A stretch of DNA of 64,000 nucleotides from Pseudomonas phage vB_PaeM_GXNNA8: the sequence record PV400810.1, one strand, 5' to 3'. Position 1 is the first letter of the stretch. Each line of letters begins with the position of its first letter. Shown here piece after piece: positions 29,901 to 40,600 of this stretch. The position numbers and the translations under genes are program-made. Below the pieces are notes generated by a model. It did not search any database. It was given only the letters and a program-made list of their open reading frames with translations, and had not been told where the DNA came from.

Positions 29901-31251
29901 TACCTTCCTTAGCCCGCTCCTCTAACGCCCGCTTTACACCACTCTCAGGCGTCTTAAACACATTCTTGTTGGTATTGATCTCGGTTTGGACTTTCTCCAC
30001 CTCCAGCAGTTCATCATCTACCGGCGATGTCCACTCTTCAAGATTTGAATCAGCACCTCGTTCTCCCGCTGTGTCTTGCTCTTCGTCATGTGCCTCGCCA
30101 GGTCCTTCACTTCGGCTGAAAACATCAAGGATAGAACCAGCAGGACGATCAGCACGGGGAACCGTGCCCGAGCCAGTATGGTCTCGGGTTTCTGGAAGAT
30201 TGGATGTTTCTTCTTCTTCTTCTCGTGACGTTCCCGCAGCCACTTGGTCAACGGTACCTTTCTCTCCGGCAATTGGGATGACATTTTTCGTTTCCTCTTT
30301 AATGAGTACATTCTCAGGAACGCCTCCACGAGAAAGATTCATCAAAGCCAAATAGAAACGTTTAACCGCATTATGGCGGGTCAATGTCTTCAGACTTTCA
30401 AACTCTTTCCGAGCAGAGGGGTAGGTTTTCTCGTCTTTAGGATTTGTCTCATCTAACCAACCCTTCAACAGCCCCAGTTGTACTACAATGACTTTACTTT
30501 GAGACGTAAAGAGGATATGCAAATCCTTATACGCCTGGTCAGTGAGTTTACCGAACAAACTGAACGAATACTGGCCAAACAGGAACCCCAGTAGGTCCAA
30601 CAGCCAATAGCAGTTCTCAGCCTTCGTACTCTCCAGCATATTGCGCATCAGGACAGGATGGCCGTCCTTAAACCCATCAATAAACCGCCCGTAGTCTTTC
30701 TCAAGCTCAACCAGGGACGGTAGGTTCAACGGCAGGTCAATCCGCATATACTGCCGACGCACCCCTTTCTCGGCTTCTGCATTGATGTTCTCAATGAGCA
30801 GGTGCATCATGTTGTAGTATTTTTCATAATTCACGAAAATACTCGGACGGTAAACGAACCCCTGAGGAATCATCCCGTAGTTCTTAACGACTAGGACGTT
30901 CTCTTTGTTGTACACCGTGCTGATCTCACGCACCCAGCTGTACATGTAGTGACTCGCCCGGTACGCCTTAACCGCCTTAGGGTAGTCATAGGCGACTGTA
31001 CGCCCATGCCCCATCACCGGCTTATACCCGTCCCTTACAAACTCAATAAAGACCTCTTTAGGGAAGTTACTGATAAACGCTTCACTACTACCCGGTCCCT
31101 TTTCATTAACCGTCTTCGGTACGAAGTGCAGTAAACTCCCCTTAGGAAGGATCACTTCACCAATACCCAGGACTTTAGGGTTTACAACGTCTTGTTTCTT
31201 ACGCAGCACAAAGTGCTTAAAGAACTCGGAATACGTAATTGGATTGCTCAT
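26932..31251 (-). CDS. DNA-directed RNA polymerase beta subunit, N-terminal fragment (split multisubunit RNAP; 1439 aa with insertions)
   Basis: GGTGGRSEITM ~ E. coli RpoB GPGGLTRERAG; VYEDSIAISKEL ~ NFEDSILVSERV; ASGIVIDVKSSFKG ~ SGTVIDVQVFTRDG; ends before the GDKxxGRHGNKG region; its ATG overlaps the stop of beta-prime exon 2. Confidence 0.65.
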   Translation of the reverse strand: MSNPITYSEFFKHFVLRKKQDVVNPKVLGIGEVILPKGSLLHFVPKTVNEKGPGSSEAFISNFPKEVFIEFVRDGYKPVMGHGRTVAYDYPKAVKAYRASHYMYSWVREISTVYNKENVLVVKNYGMIPQGFVYRPSIFVNYEKYYNMMHLLIENINAEAEKGVRRQYMRIDLPLNLPSLVELEKDYGRFIDGFKDGHPVLMRNMLESTKAENCYWLLDLLGFLFGQYSFSLFGKLTDQAYKDLHILFTSQSKVIVVQLGLLKGWLDETNPKDEKTYPSARKEFESLKTLTRHNAVKRFYLALMNLSRGGVPENVLIKEETKNVIPIAGEKGTVDQVAAGTSREEEEETSNLPETRDHTGSGTVPRADRPAGSILDVFSRSEGPGEAHDEEQDTAGERGADSNLEEWTSPVDDELLEVEKVQTEINTNKNVFKTPESGVKRALEERAKEGTLTVAEHDFFMRKATRYQHIEMENGQTFEEFIQIKPEEVKDLGGEIEGEFLPVLDESMLRSRAKSLKIEYPQKFLHRDIGRMVLGLQNAGFAMNDYRREKVVSVEGSYEVHSIQLHEVNGDQVTVHTRLPTVLKDGTYVIDGVKQHMQLQRREKPFRKISPREVVLSSYYDRKLMVSRSPKMVDNLSTFMVKQISLQSKRKGYTVTKGSTWDRSLKAPRIYSILARQYKYITVDGLVLDFRLKDLLELHPEFKAYTRPDRFLIGVKDGLPLIIDDYGNLYKGEEELGTVEDLLGIDVRKAPLEHVVINISGYSFPLGVVLCFYFGIDELLRVIKATTRSVPVGTRPKLTEDEYAIQFNDEYLIFNRREKLTTLIFGGMPKLNNISNFSRSDLNNNSIWSALMGDPRVRPSQFQEMKNLFDLFIDPITKDLLKEMKLSEDFHYLLIDAAKALETDYSRHEVEIEEQRIVGYERFAGHLYTEFVKSIRQYRNKGKGRKHKLDFNPDAVIIAIGTDRSTNLVEEVNPVHQVKDQEEVTFGGTGGRSEITMVKRARTQLESYKGVISEANKDSGKVGYVTYTTSDPGIADFRGNVDPKNKRTPTGDGSVTMNLMYGGTHDDVKRAVFTSTQASQAVMAKNYEIVTLRTGYENVLAHRTSDLYSKVAAEDGKVTKVENDRLLVEYKDGTTDSYPLGLVIGEASGEYHPHNRTTDLKVGDTFRKGDVIGWDENWFGRDPFCPGQVGVKMGKMCQIVMVEDQDVYEDSIAISKELAMEARTPFIKPSRFAEDVSNNLVMRVKVGDYVEQDTILCDIEEPHLVEGEELPELEADINKLGIKQIRSKHHGKIVHIDVRYNSPLDKMSDSFRSFIVQKDKETKRKGLVEGTGVENNAISTMFNLNRPMLGPGKAFITFYIESLDPSTNADKYVIGNQMKATVGRIMERPLKTASGIVIDVKSSFKGMFNRMVLSLRNKLVANEYGFQITRQAIKLYRGK

Positions 31252-31430
31252 ACCTCAATATCCTCTAAGCCGCTCGTCGCTGCTTTAAACATAAAGAGAA
31301 TCGGTTCATTGATCGGATCATACAAAAACCGACCTGTACCACTGATGTAATACTCCCGTTTCCCAAAGAGTTCGTAGGCCTGTTGTTTGCTGTCTTCCGC
31401 TACAACAGAATGGCTCGACAATTGGTCGCC
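31248..31430 (-). CDS. RNAP beta-prime N-terminal fragment, exon 2 (60 aa: GDQLSSHSVV...ISGTGRFLYDPINEP...)
   Basis: has no start codon of its own; joined to exon 1 it completes DYFD-GDQLSSH (cf. NADFDGDQMAVH) and continues like RpoC LSPANGEPIIVP...; TGA overlaps the beta ATG. Confidence 0.6.
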   Translation of the reverse strand, partial: GDQLSSHSVVAEDSKQQAYELFGKREYYISGTGRFLYDPINEPILFMFKAATSGLEDIEV

Positions 31431-33253
31431 CGCATTGGTCAGTCCATGCTAGGACCCGGCACGCTCAGGTGCCTGCCTGTCTATTAAACAGGGCCAGACT
31501 ATATCTTGACCGTAGGGAATAGGTTTATTCCCCCTTAGGTCTCCTCCACTTCCACCCCCTTCCTTGGTAGGTGTACAGGGTCATAACTCCCTTAGTCGTT
31601 GAACTTTACGCGTGGGGTCTAACACCCGGTAGCGTCTTAGCGGCTGATTGTCCCTTGTTTACGACCCTTAGCGTTATTGGTTAGCGTAGGTCAGGTCTGC
31701 TGTTCTTTCTACCTTTCGGTCGCATTCACGCTTACTGTTTCCAGTTACGTTGTAGCCAACAGACTTTTGTGAACTCCCAGCAATTCAGAGGAATACGGTC
31801 TAGGACTTTCGTGCCTAGCCGGACTAAGTGATGGATATAAACTCGTTAACGTGTGAGTTTCTTGAAACGATAACGGGAATGGAGCAACTTACCTTCTCGT
31901 GCGCAAACGATAACGGTACGGGGATTGGCTCCGGTGATTCGGGTAACTGCATCAACGCCATACACAATCGACGTCTCCTGGGTTACCGAATCAAACATTT
32001 CATACACAGCTGTAGCAGGGTGCATCTTGCGCCGGATGCATTCCAGTTCGTATTCATTCAAATCAGGCCAAGGGGTCTCGTCAGACTCCCGCTTGAATTG
32101 AAGGTCTTTAAAGGCGGATCTCGGGTTGGTGTTACTCAGGGACGTCAGGATGCCTGTTGTCCCTACCTGTGTTGCTCTAGAGGCCTCCGCCAATGAATTA
32201 TACACCGTGATTTCACCGGTGAAGACATTCCGGGCAAGGATCTTCTTACCCACAGGGGGTTTATAGTCCCAGATCTCTTGGAAGTCACGTTTATCTCCCT
32301 CCCGACGAAGAACGTACCTGTTCTTGTACACCGAGCGAGGACGTTTGAGCACCAGACCAATACACCAAGAATCCACCTCCATGGTTCTGGCAAACTCATT
32401 TTGACTGACGTACTTAAAGACTTGACCTAATTCCCTGTCAAAAACCTCCAGGGGATTATTGTCCGCTCTCGCTTCTTGATTGTTGCACGCTTTGAAGGAG
32501 TTGTCCTTAGCGGTAACCCAAATCAAGTTAAAGAGCTTGAAGTTCATCTTGTTACCGTCATTATGATCGACCATTAGCTTGGGGTAGCCCTTAGGCGGCT
32601 TACCGAAGGTCTCCGCCAGTAGCCGGTGGACATACTTGCGTTCATCCCCACTGACCACATCCAGTCGAACAAAGGGGTAGAAACTGTCCACAATGACCTT
32701 ACCACCCAGATACGGTGGGTAAAGATTCTTTCTAAGTGTTCGGTATACCACACCGTCTCGGTTGATTGCGTTGAGTTCAAACCCAGGGATGTAGTAGTAC
32801 CCAGAGAGTTCAGGGTAAGGGATGCCCTCTTCAGGATAGACCAAGTAAAGGTTATCCGCTGCAAAGTTTTCTGCATCGTCATCCAGAAAACCTACTTTCA
32901 CCTGTTCCCATTCAGAGATAGGAAGGTGGAACTTTCCTTCTCCATGGAGGATCATTAATCCCAGTTTGATCTTAACCAGTTCGTCTCCATCGCCCCGTGC
33001 GATGAAGAACGTGTTCCCGTCTGCCATCCGATGGACCGGAACATCCGTCTTATCAGTGACATTGAAAACTGTGTTGGTTGTAGACAACACGTATTTCTTT
33101 CCAAAACACGTTAACATCTTTACAACTCCTTATGGTCGAATGCGAACACTTCCGCATACAATAGGAGTTGTATAGTGAGTTTATATCATGCATCACTATC
33201 TAATCATGGTCACTGTCGAGCAAAGCTTCTCTAGAGGGGTCTACGGACATGGC
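31431..33253 (-). mobile_element. group I self-splicing intron (1823 nt) with HNH homing endonuclease ORF, inserted in the beta-prime catalytic motif
   Basis: minus-strand RNA contains R element GUUCAACGACUAAG (31591-31604), S element AAGAUAUAGUC (31497-31507), a P-like AAUUGCUGGGA (31775-31786) and a P9-like hairpin GGCACCUGAGCGUGCC; exon 1 ends in U, the intron ends in G; splice points inferred from restoration of the conserved protein motif. Confidence 0.7.
31846..33117 (-). CDS. intron-encoded HNH homing endonuclease (423 aa)
   Basis: VHRLLAETFGKPPKGYPKLMVDHNDGNKMNFKLFNLIWVTAKDN matches the HNH_3-type motif; own SD AAGGAG 8 nt before the ATG. Confidence 0.75.
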   Translation of the reverse strand: MLTCFGKKYVLSTTNTVFNVTDKTDVPVHRMADGNTFFIARGDGDELVKIKLGLMILHGEGKFHLPISEWEQVKVGFLDDDAENFAADNLYLVYPEEGIPYPELSGYYYIPGFELNAINRDGVVYRTLRKNLYPPYLGGKVIVDSFYPFVRLDVVSGDERKYVHRLLAETFGKPPKGYPKLMVDHNDGNKMNFKLFNLIWVTAKDNSFKACNNQEARADNNPLEVFDRELGQVFKYVSQNEFARTMEVDSWCIGLVLKRPRSVYKNRYVLRREGDKRDFQEIWDYKPPVGKKILARNVFTGEITVYNSLAEASRATQVGTTGILTSLSNTNPRSAFKDLQFKRESDETPWPDLNEYELECIRRKMHPATAVYEMFDSVTQETSIVYGVDAVTRITGANPRTVIVCAREGKLLHSRYRFKKLTR

Positions 33254-34645
33254 ATCGAAGTAATCGGGATGGACTTCACGTTTAGGGAACCGTTTACAGG
33301 TTTCCCGTACACCCCAATCAATCGGATTACGAATGACCCGCTGACTCGCATTGGTGGTGGTACGTAGGTTAACCTTAGCCGGGAAGATAGAGCCAATTCC
33401 CGTAATGGGATACCGGGTTTGTCCCGTAATCTGTTCTTCGATGACACTGTGGCAACTCAAGTAGAAGAGTTCCATGTAGGTGATAGGTTTCACCCATTTA
33501 CGGTCTTTCCCTTGAGGGAGATCGTTGATGTCATGGAGAACACACACATCAGTCCCATCATCATAAATGAGGGCTAAGTATTTCCACTCAATGACAATGG
33601 GTTTACTCCGTAGGGAGGGATCAGCAAACCCGTTGAAGAGTTTCATTAACCCGGTGGCGGTGGTCCATTTCTCTACCACTTCAGGGGAGACTTCAGCGTA
33701 TTCGTATTCCAGGGTCTTGGTATTCACCAGCTTAGCGGTTTGAGAGCTGGGGGTGAAGATGTTGGAGAGGTAACCGTTGGTTAACGCATTGATGCAGACA
33801 TAAGGGAAGTTCAGTAGGGCTTGGTAGAGCCCCATGTCCGCAGAGTTAGGACCTACACCGTCGTCGAAGTCTAAACGTGTCCTGGAGACTTTACGGGCGG
33901 TAATGACATTCCGGGTGCTGTTGTGAACCCCCCGGGTGGACATACGACGCTGGAGAACACCCCCTTTCCCTTGGAGTAAACCAAAGAGGTAATTATCCAA
34001 TTCCAAGAAAGCATTCTGTACCCCCCACCGAACGGTATCGTAAAGGGGGTTCAGGGCATCTTCCTTATTCCCGAGGATCACCCTCACCCGGAACATTAAG
34101 GCGCGGTAGAATTCAGTGATCTCAGGTTCGGTATGGGAACCATCCGGATTGAATTGGATATCCCTGAGACCCGCGGGGATGACCAGGACCTTATCCGTTA
34201 ACGCTGTCTTACGGAATTGGTTCGCCAGTTCTACCCGTTGTTTGCGTTTATGGGAGGGGGTCAGGGAGAAGACAGTTTCATCGAAGTGTTTCAGGAAGAA
34301 GGCGAAACCCTTTTCCCCTTCCAGGATGTTCGATTTTATGAAATCCTTCAATTCGGGATCCCATACCGCGTATTCCGATCCTTTCAAAATTGAATGATAC
34401 AGACTTTTGATCTGTATAAGGGCTTTTAGGTAAGTGGGATTGAAGATGGGAAGTTTAACGTCGATATACGCTTCCGTGTTATCGCGTTGTTTACTACCCA
34501 GTTTACCGAAGATGTCAAGGGAGAAGAGACCATCATCATTGAGGTTCTGAGTCATCCCTTCAAACGAGTCCGTAGACGTAATAGGTTTAAAGACACCCGG
34601 AACAATCGTCCGGGGGTCTAAGAGGGTAATGTTAGTCGGTTTCAT
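33254..34645 (-). CDS. RNAP beta-prime N-terminal fragment, exon 1 (464 aa; unspliced ORF runs on to a TAG at 33200)
   Basis: NDDGLFSLDIFG ~ RpoC ERDGLFCARIFGP; VLVIPAGLRDI ~ VLPVLPPDLRP; RRMSTRGVHNSTRNVI ~ GKRVDYSGRSVIT; TRYPITGIGSIFPA ~ NRAPTLHRLGIQAF; ends ...HPDYFD at the intron. Confidence 0.7.
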
Positions 34646-34675
34646 ACGGTTTCCTTATGCGGGAGTGCATTAACA

Positions 34676-37600
34676 ATGGCGGATAATACATTCGATGATT
34701 TCGATTGGGGAGAGGATCCCTTTACTGGGGATATTGATTTCGATACCGATTTCGATGGGAAGAAACCGGGGTTCATTCGTTCGGTAGCAACCGGGTTTTT
34801 GTCAGGAGTAGTGAATCAGACAGTAGGGGACACCGATGCTCGGTTGAACACCCTGAAGATGGTCCTCCCTAAGACCTGGGGGACTGCCTTTACGACGGCG
34901 TCGGATATTAACCGTCGTCGGAGAGAGATCGTAGACGAACTTAAACGTGAAAGCTACGACGCAGTCGTGGACCTCCAATACTTGGCTAAACGGGGTGGTG
35001 ATAAGTTAGGTAAAATAGCTCCTAATAAGATCACCGGGGGTGTGGCCAGTGGGCTGACTCGGTTTAGTCAGAATGACTTCAGCAGTTGGAAGCCGTATAC
35101 GTCGTCGGCGAGTGACACCCCGTCCATGGAAAATGTGGACGAAAATGATGTGAAAGACCTGCTGGGGAGTGAAGACGCCAACTCCCTGTTAGAGCGGGAA
35201 ACGGTCATTGGGGTGGGTGAAAGTATTACCGCCATGATGACCGAAGTAGGTGGCCGCACCATTGGGGGATTGAATACCCTGAACCTGAGTATTGGGCGGA
35301 GTAACCAACTGCTGGAACAAATGGTGAATTACCAACGTAAAGTTCAATTGAGAAATGATACCCTCAAGGTGAACCTGTTGGCACGTTCCTATTTGACCAG
35401 CGCGAAGTTCTACAAGTTCATGGAAGCCAGTAATCACCGGATGATTGCTGAACTGAAGACCATTGCCCTGAACTCCGCTAAGAGTGATTACGAAAAGACC
35501 ACCCACAGTCAAGCGATGCGTAAGAGCATTCGGGAATCGGTCTTCAATACGGTTAAAGGCTCCTTTGGAGGAATACGGGAGTTTATTAACGAGCGGTTCG
35601 GTAAGGATGCGCGAGGGGACGGAATCCGAGGTGCAGGTGACCTGATTGGTGCTATGCGCATGGCGGCGGAGATGTCGGAAGGCATGCCGCTCAACGTAGG
35701 GACCATGGTGGGTAACGTTGCAGCCCAAATGTTCATTAGCAACCTCCCCCGGATGATCAATTCCCGGAAAGGGAAGGAATACGTTGCTAAGTTCAAGAAA
35801 CAATTCCCGGAACTGGGGAAATGGGCGGATAACGCGTACGCGCAACTCACGGACTTGGGTAACGTAGCGTCGTATAACCTCAGTAATGCGGAAGGGATGG
35901 TCAATACCCTTTCGGAATACCACAACTGGGGATCCTCGTTTGACGAGGATGGGGACTACGAACAATACCTCAGTACGCTCCGTTCAGGTCAAAAGCCGTT
36001 GGGTAAAGTGGAATGGACGGTTATTAATACCCTGAAGAAAGGGGCGAATAAAGGCATGGCGGGGTTGTTGGATGAGATGTACCAACCCACCGGGAGTCGT
36101 TACAGCCTAAAACGTCGGGGGTTAATGGATGCCCACGAACCGGAGATCTGGAACAAACAGTCCTCCCGTACCCTGAATGAAGTGATTCCCGAACTGCTCA
36201 GTCACATTCACTTGTCGATTGAAAAGATCCGTACAGGGGATGATACCCTTAAAGCATCGAGTTATGACTACGTGCGGGGTAAGTTGGTCAGCCATAACCA
36301 AAAGGTAGCAGATACCTTTAACCGGGTGATGGATAAAGACCAATTCAAGTCCCAAGCGGATACGTCCCTTCGATTGGTGGATTCCATTGACCCCAATAAG
36401 GAATTGTCCAACGAAGCCCGCCGTGTATTGGCGATGCAACTGGTTCAGAATGCGGATAAACGGAAAGGGTTCAGTCCGTACCTGTACATGAACTTGGAGA
36501 CCAAAGGAGTTAACCGTCAGGTAGCGGATGAAATCCGGGAATTGTTCCAACGGAATTTTGATATTACCCCGGAAGCCTTTACGGCCTTTAAGGAGGGCAG
36601 TACCCTGGACCGGGCGAGTGCTATTGCTCGTCTTCCCACAGAACAAGCCCGAGAACGCGCCGCTAAGTTAACGGAACAATCCAACCTCCTGGGTCGGTTT
36701 ATGCCTGACATTGCCGAACGCGTCGATATGTTGCGTTCGTCCGGGTATTACAACGTCATGAAAGAAGCTGGCATCATCAAGTCTGAAAATGGCCACGATG
36801 AAGTCAATATGGACACCTTCCGGAACGTCCTCCAGTCCTTCATTGACAACCCTGACCGTGCTATGACGTATGACAACCCTCTGGAAGAAGCGGTGCGTAA
36901 GACCCGTTCCTTTGGCAGACGAGGAAGAGGACGTCGAGACGCCGGAGGTGTGATTGCGGCTGAGAACGCTCAGTTGAATGAAACCCTTCAGGGTGTACGG
37001 GAAACTTTGGATAAACTCGGGGCGCATATTGAGCAGGGAGGTGTAAGTCGTTCGGGTCTTACGGATCCGTCTTCTCTGTTCACCGCTCTGAACGACCAGG
37101 TGACCCAAGGGAACAGCCTGCTGGGTAAACTGGTAGAACTGGGAGGGAACCGTAACGATATCCTCACCAAGATCTTGGAACGTCAACCCTACGAGAAAAC
37201 CACCCCTGAAGCTGAAGAGGTCATTCAACAACAGAAACGGAGTATTCTGGAACGGATTAAGAGTACGTCGTTTGGGGATCTGTTTAATAAGGGAATAGAC
37301 AAACTCCTGGATAACCAACCGTTGGTACTGGGTGGCTTACTGGGTGGATTGGCGGGTATGGCGATCTACAACCCGAAAGGCGCTGCGTTGGTAGGGGGTG
37401 GCTTGGCGCTAGGGATGGCGTATAACAAGTTGCGTGCCAGAGCGGCTGCTCGTCGAGCCGAGGACACGGAAGACCTGTACGAAGAAGGGTCCGATACCCC
37501 GATCCTTGAATCCTTTAAACTCTTTAAGGGTGAGTATCTGGATATGCTCACCGGGAAGATCATTCAGGGGTGGGATCAGATTACCGGGAGTATTAAAGAC

Positions 37601-40600
37601 CTGGCCAACGGAGCCGTTATTGGCGCTAGCCGCTTAGCGGGTAAACTCTTTACCGAAGACAACAAGGAAGTATTCCTTAAAGGCCTGAATAAGGTGCGGG
37701 ATCTCTTTATGAAAGCCTTTAACTGGCTGGATCCCGTTAACCGAGTGAAAGGGCTTTGGGATAAAGCTCGTACACGTCTGTACCGGATGGATATTTACAT
37801 TGAAGGTGAAGACGAACCGGTTTTGCTGGGGAGTCGCTTTGGTAAAGGTCAATACTTCAAACGGAGTGGCGACGGGTTCGTTGAACTCCAGGGATGGGAT
37901 GAGATCGATGGCCCGGTGTATGACAAGGAAGGGAATACCCTGATCACGGCTGAAGAATACGACCGTGGACTTAAAACCTCCATGGGGACCAGTATCAACA
38001 AGCTGGGTGCAGGGCTTAAACAAGCCGGACAGTTCGGGTTGGATCTCTTTGGTAAACTGAAAGACCGTGCGGGCGGGTATGCGAAAGGCATGGGGGGTCG
38101 GGTTAAGAATCCGTTCAGTACGGATCACTCTCCGGTGGTCAATTCCGTGGATCGGATCTATTACCTCCTCTTGAAACATTGGGGGTATAACTCACCGGAT
38201 GGTAGCCCCAATCCCTTTACTCCTCCAGTACCAGGTTCCCAAGATGCCCCAGAGGGCCCTCCAGGGTCCCTAGGAGATCGAAACGATCTTACCCTCACCG
38301 AAGCCCTTATGGAAAAGAATCCAGCGCTTAAAGACGCCCTGGAGCGCTTTAGAGCCGCTAAAGGAAAAGCGGGTGCGGGGGACAACACCGATCGGTTCCG
38401 TCGGTCAGCGTCGACCAGTGATACCACCCGAGCTAACTCACTGGCCGACCGCACGCAAAAACTCCAGGAAGAGAAAGACAATACCGTTAAGAATGCCATC
38501 ATCTCGATTGCTGAAAACTTCGGTTTCGGTATGAAGGATGAGAAAGAACTCGGTAAGAAGAAGAAGTTCGGTATCTTCGGTCTCCTGAGCAGTTTGGTAG
38601 GAGGTGTTAAGAAAGGCTTCGAGTGGTTGACCAGCTTCCTGGGTTCTAAGGTCCTCTGGAGCGGGTTCAGTGCATTGTTTAAGTTCGGTCGTATGGGACT
38701 TAAACTGTTGCCGATTATCGCTAAGGGCGTCGCTGGTGGACTCGGTGGGTTATTGAATGGTCTGGGTGGACTCGGACGCTTGGGTAAACTGGGTGCAGGA
38801 CGCGCCGGTTTGATTGGCGCAGGTGCATTGTCTGCGTACGAAATGTACCAGGTCGCTACTGACGAAGAAACGAAGAAACTCGATACCACCGACCAAATCC
38901 TTAAAGTGGGTAAAGCCGGTAATAGTCTTTACCAACAAGTGGGTGCCACTGCGGGCTTACTGGGTGGACAGACCATTGCGAAATGGATTCTGGAGAAGGT
39001 CAAAGGAAAGAGTCCCACTACGGATGCCCTGGGGTCTTCGATGTACAGTCCCTTTGGAGTGATGTTGGGGACTTCTAAATGGGGATGGGATTCCCTGTTT
39101 GGTTCAGGTAAGGGGAAACAAACTGAACTACGGATGGTTCAGTACGGTCTCTCAGATCCTCACGGTCCTCTGGCGGCTAAAATCCTCAACGTTGAGAACC
39201 TGCTAAAAGACCATGTGGTGATTGGAAATGGGCGTGCGTCGCTGTCTAAGCAAGCGCCTATTGAGGAAGTCCTTCGTCTCTTCGTGGGTGATCCTCAAGA
39301 CCGTAATGAAATTGGTGAAGTCTTTACCTGGTTCAATGGACGGTTCAAACCCGTTTACTTGACCTACCTGGCCTGTTTGGATGCGGTTAAACTGAGGTCG
39401 TTGAAGGACTATGACGATTCGTCTGACTTAATCGTGTACAAAGTGGCTAAGCAAGCCCACAGTGCCCTCAGTGGGTTGGTGCCTTCCCCGTACCAGATCG
39501 TAGCTAAGATTGACAAGGAGACTCCTCTCCTTGATCAACAAATGACGATCATCCGGGTGGGTAACCTCCTGGAGGCTCTGAAGAAGTACGTCGGGGCTAA
39601 AGATCCCACCATTGATCCCTTTGCCGTTTCTACGGTTAAAGGCCAAAGTCTGGAGTCCCTCCAGAAGGAACGGGTTCAACTGGAACGGAGGCTGGAAGAC
39701 CGCAGTACTCAGTGGAAAGACTTCGGGGAGAAGATGGAGGCCACCGATCGCCTGAAGGAGGTTAAAGGTGAAATCGATCGGTTAGGGAAAGCGTATACCG
39801 CCAATGCGGTTGTCGGTCAGATCTATATCCAAGACCTGATGCCAGATGGTAAAGCTCTGGATATGCTTACTGCTATCCGGGTGGCTACCTACGGGAATGA
39901 TAAGGATGTCCCCTGGCGGGTCGAAGCTGTCCTCAAGTTGGAACGTCATTGTGAATCCCTGTTTATGGCGAAAGGGGATGACATGGTGTTCAAGGGCAAC
40001 ATAGGTGAACTCTTCGGTCGGTTCAAGGACGCCTTCCGGGTGGATGATCGGTACGTGGATGCCTGGTGCAAGTGGTTCAGGGATCGGTTCCTGCCGGTAC
40101 TGACCAACTACATGACCCTGATGAAGAAATACCGTCGGGGGCTACCGGGTGTGGTTTGGAGAACCCTTTCCGCCACCGCACGGTATGAGATCGCCAAGGA
40201 ACTGACTCAAACCCAAGTCAATGGTGTCTTTGGCTTTACCATTTCAGTCTGGAACGTACGGGCGGCACCCTTCGCCTGGGAAACCTCTCCAGGGCGGTCG
40301 GATAAAGTTGACAGGATGTTGAACCTCTTGGGGGAAGCGTCGGTAGAAGCTAAACTCAAAGACCCTGAATTGGAAGCGGGTAAGACCAACGCCCAAACCT
40401 GGGCTGAGAAAATCAGTCCTCACCGGGTAGGGGGTGGGTTCACCGACCAACAGGCGAATGTTTCTACCCCGGAACAGTTCCGGTCTCGGAGAGATTCTGC
40501 TCTAGGAGGGATGTACGGTACCTTTGGCGGAGACGCTGGGAATACGTACAGTAGTGACGGTCGGTTCAGAACCCCTGAGAATGCTTTTGGCTTCACGCCC

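Noticed and set aside
31252-31845. The 590-nt gap upstream of the beta start, first read as an unusually long intergenic region, possibly with a small upstream ORF lacking a start codon
   Set aside because: Reinterpreted: it is the 3' core (P3-P9) of the group I intron plus beta-prime exon 2, which explains both the length and the startless in-frame reading frame.
33200-33253. Reading HPDYFDAMSVD at the C-terminus of the 481-aa ORF as a degenerate NADFDGD motif
   Set aside because: It lacks the three-Asp pattern; splicing at 33254/31430 gives a canonical DYFDGDQ instead, so the read-through tail is intron-encoded.
35189-35965. Antisense ORFs of 130 to 460 aa inside large genes (35189..35965 in the giant gene, 10194..11576 in the capsid candidate, 7791..8570 in the 870-aa gene, 24167..25429, 27946..29097, 36668..37318, 38161..38889)
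   Set aside because: They fully overlap longer, motif-supported ORFs on the opposite strand, lack RBSs, and have low-complexity or Pro/Arg-rich translations typical of antisense frames.
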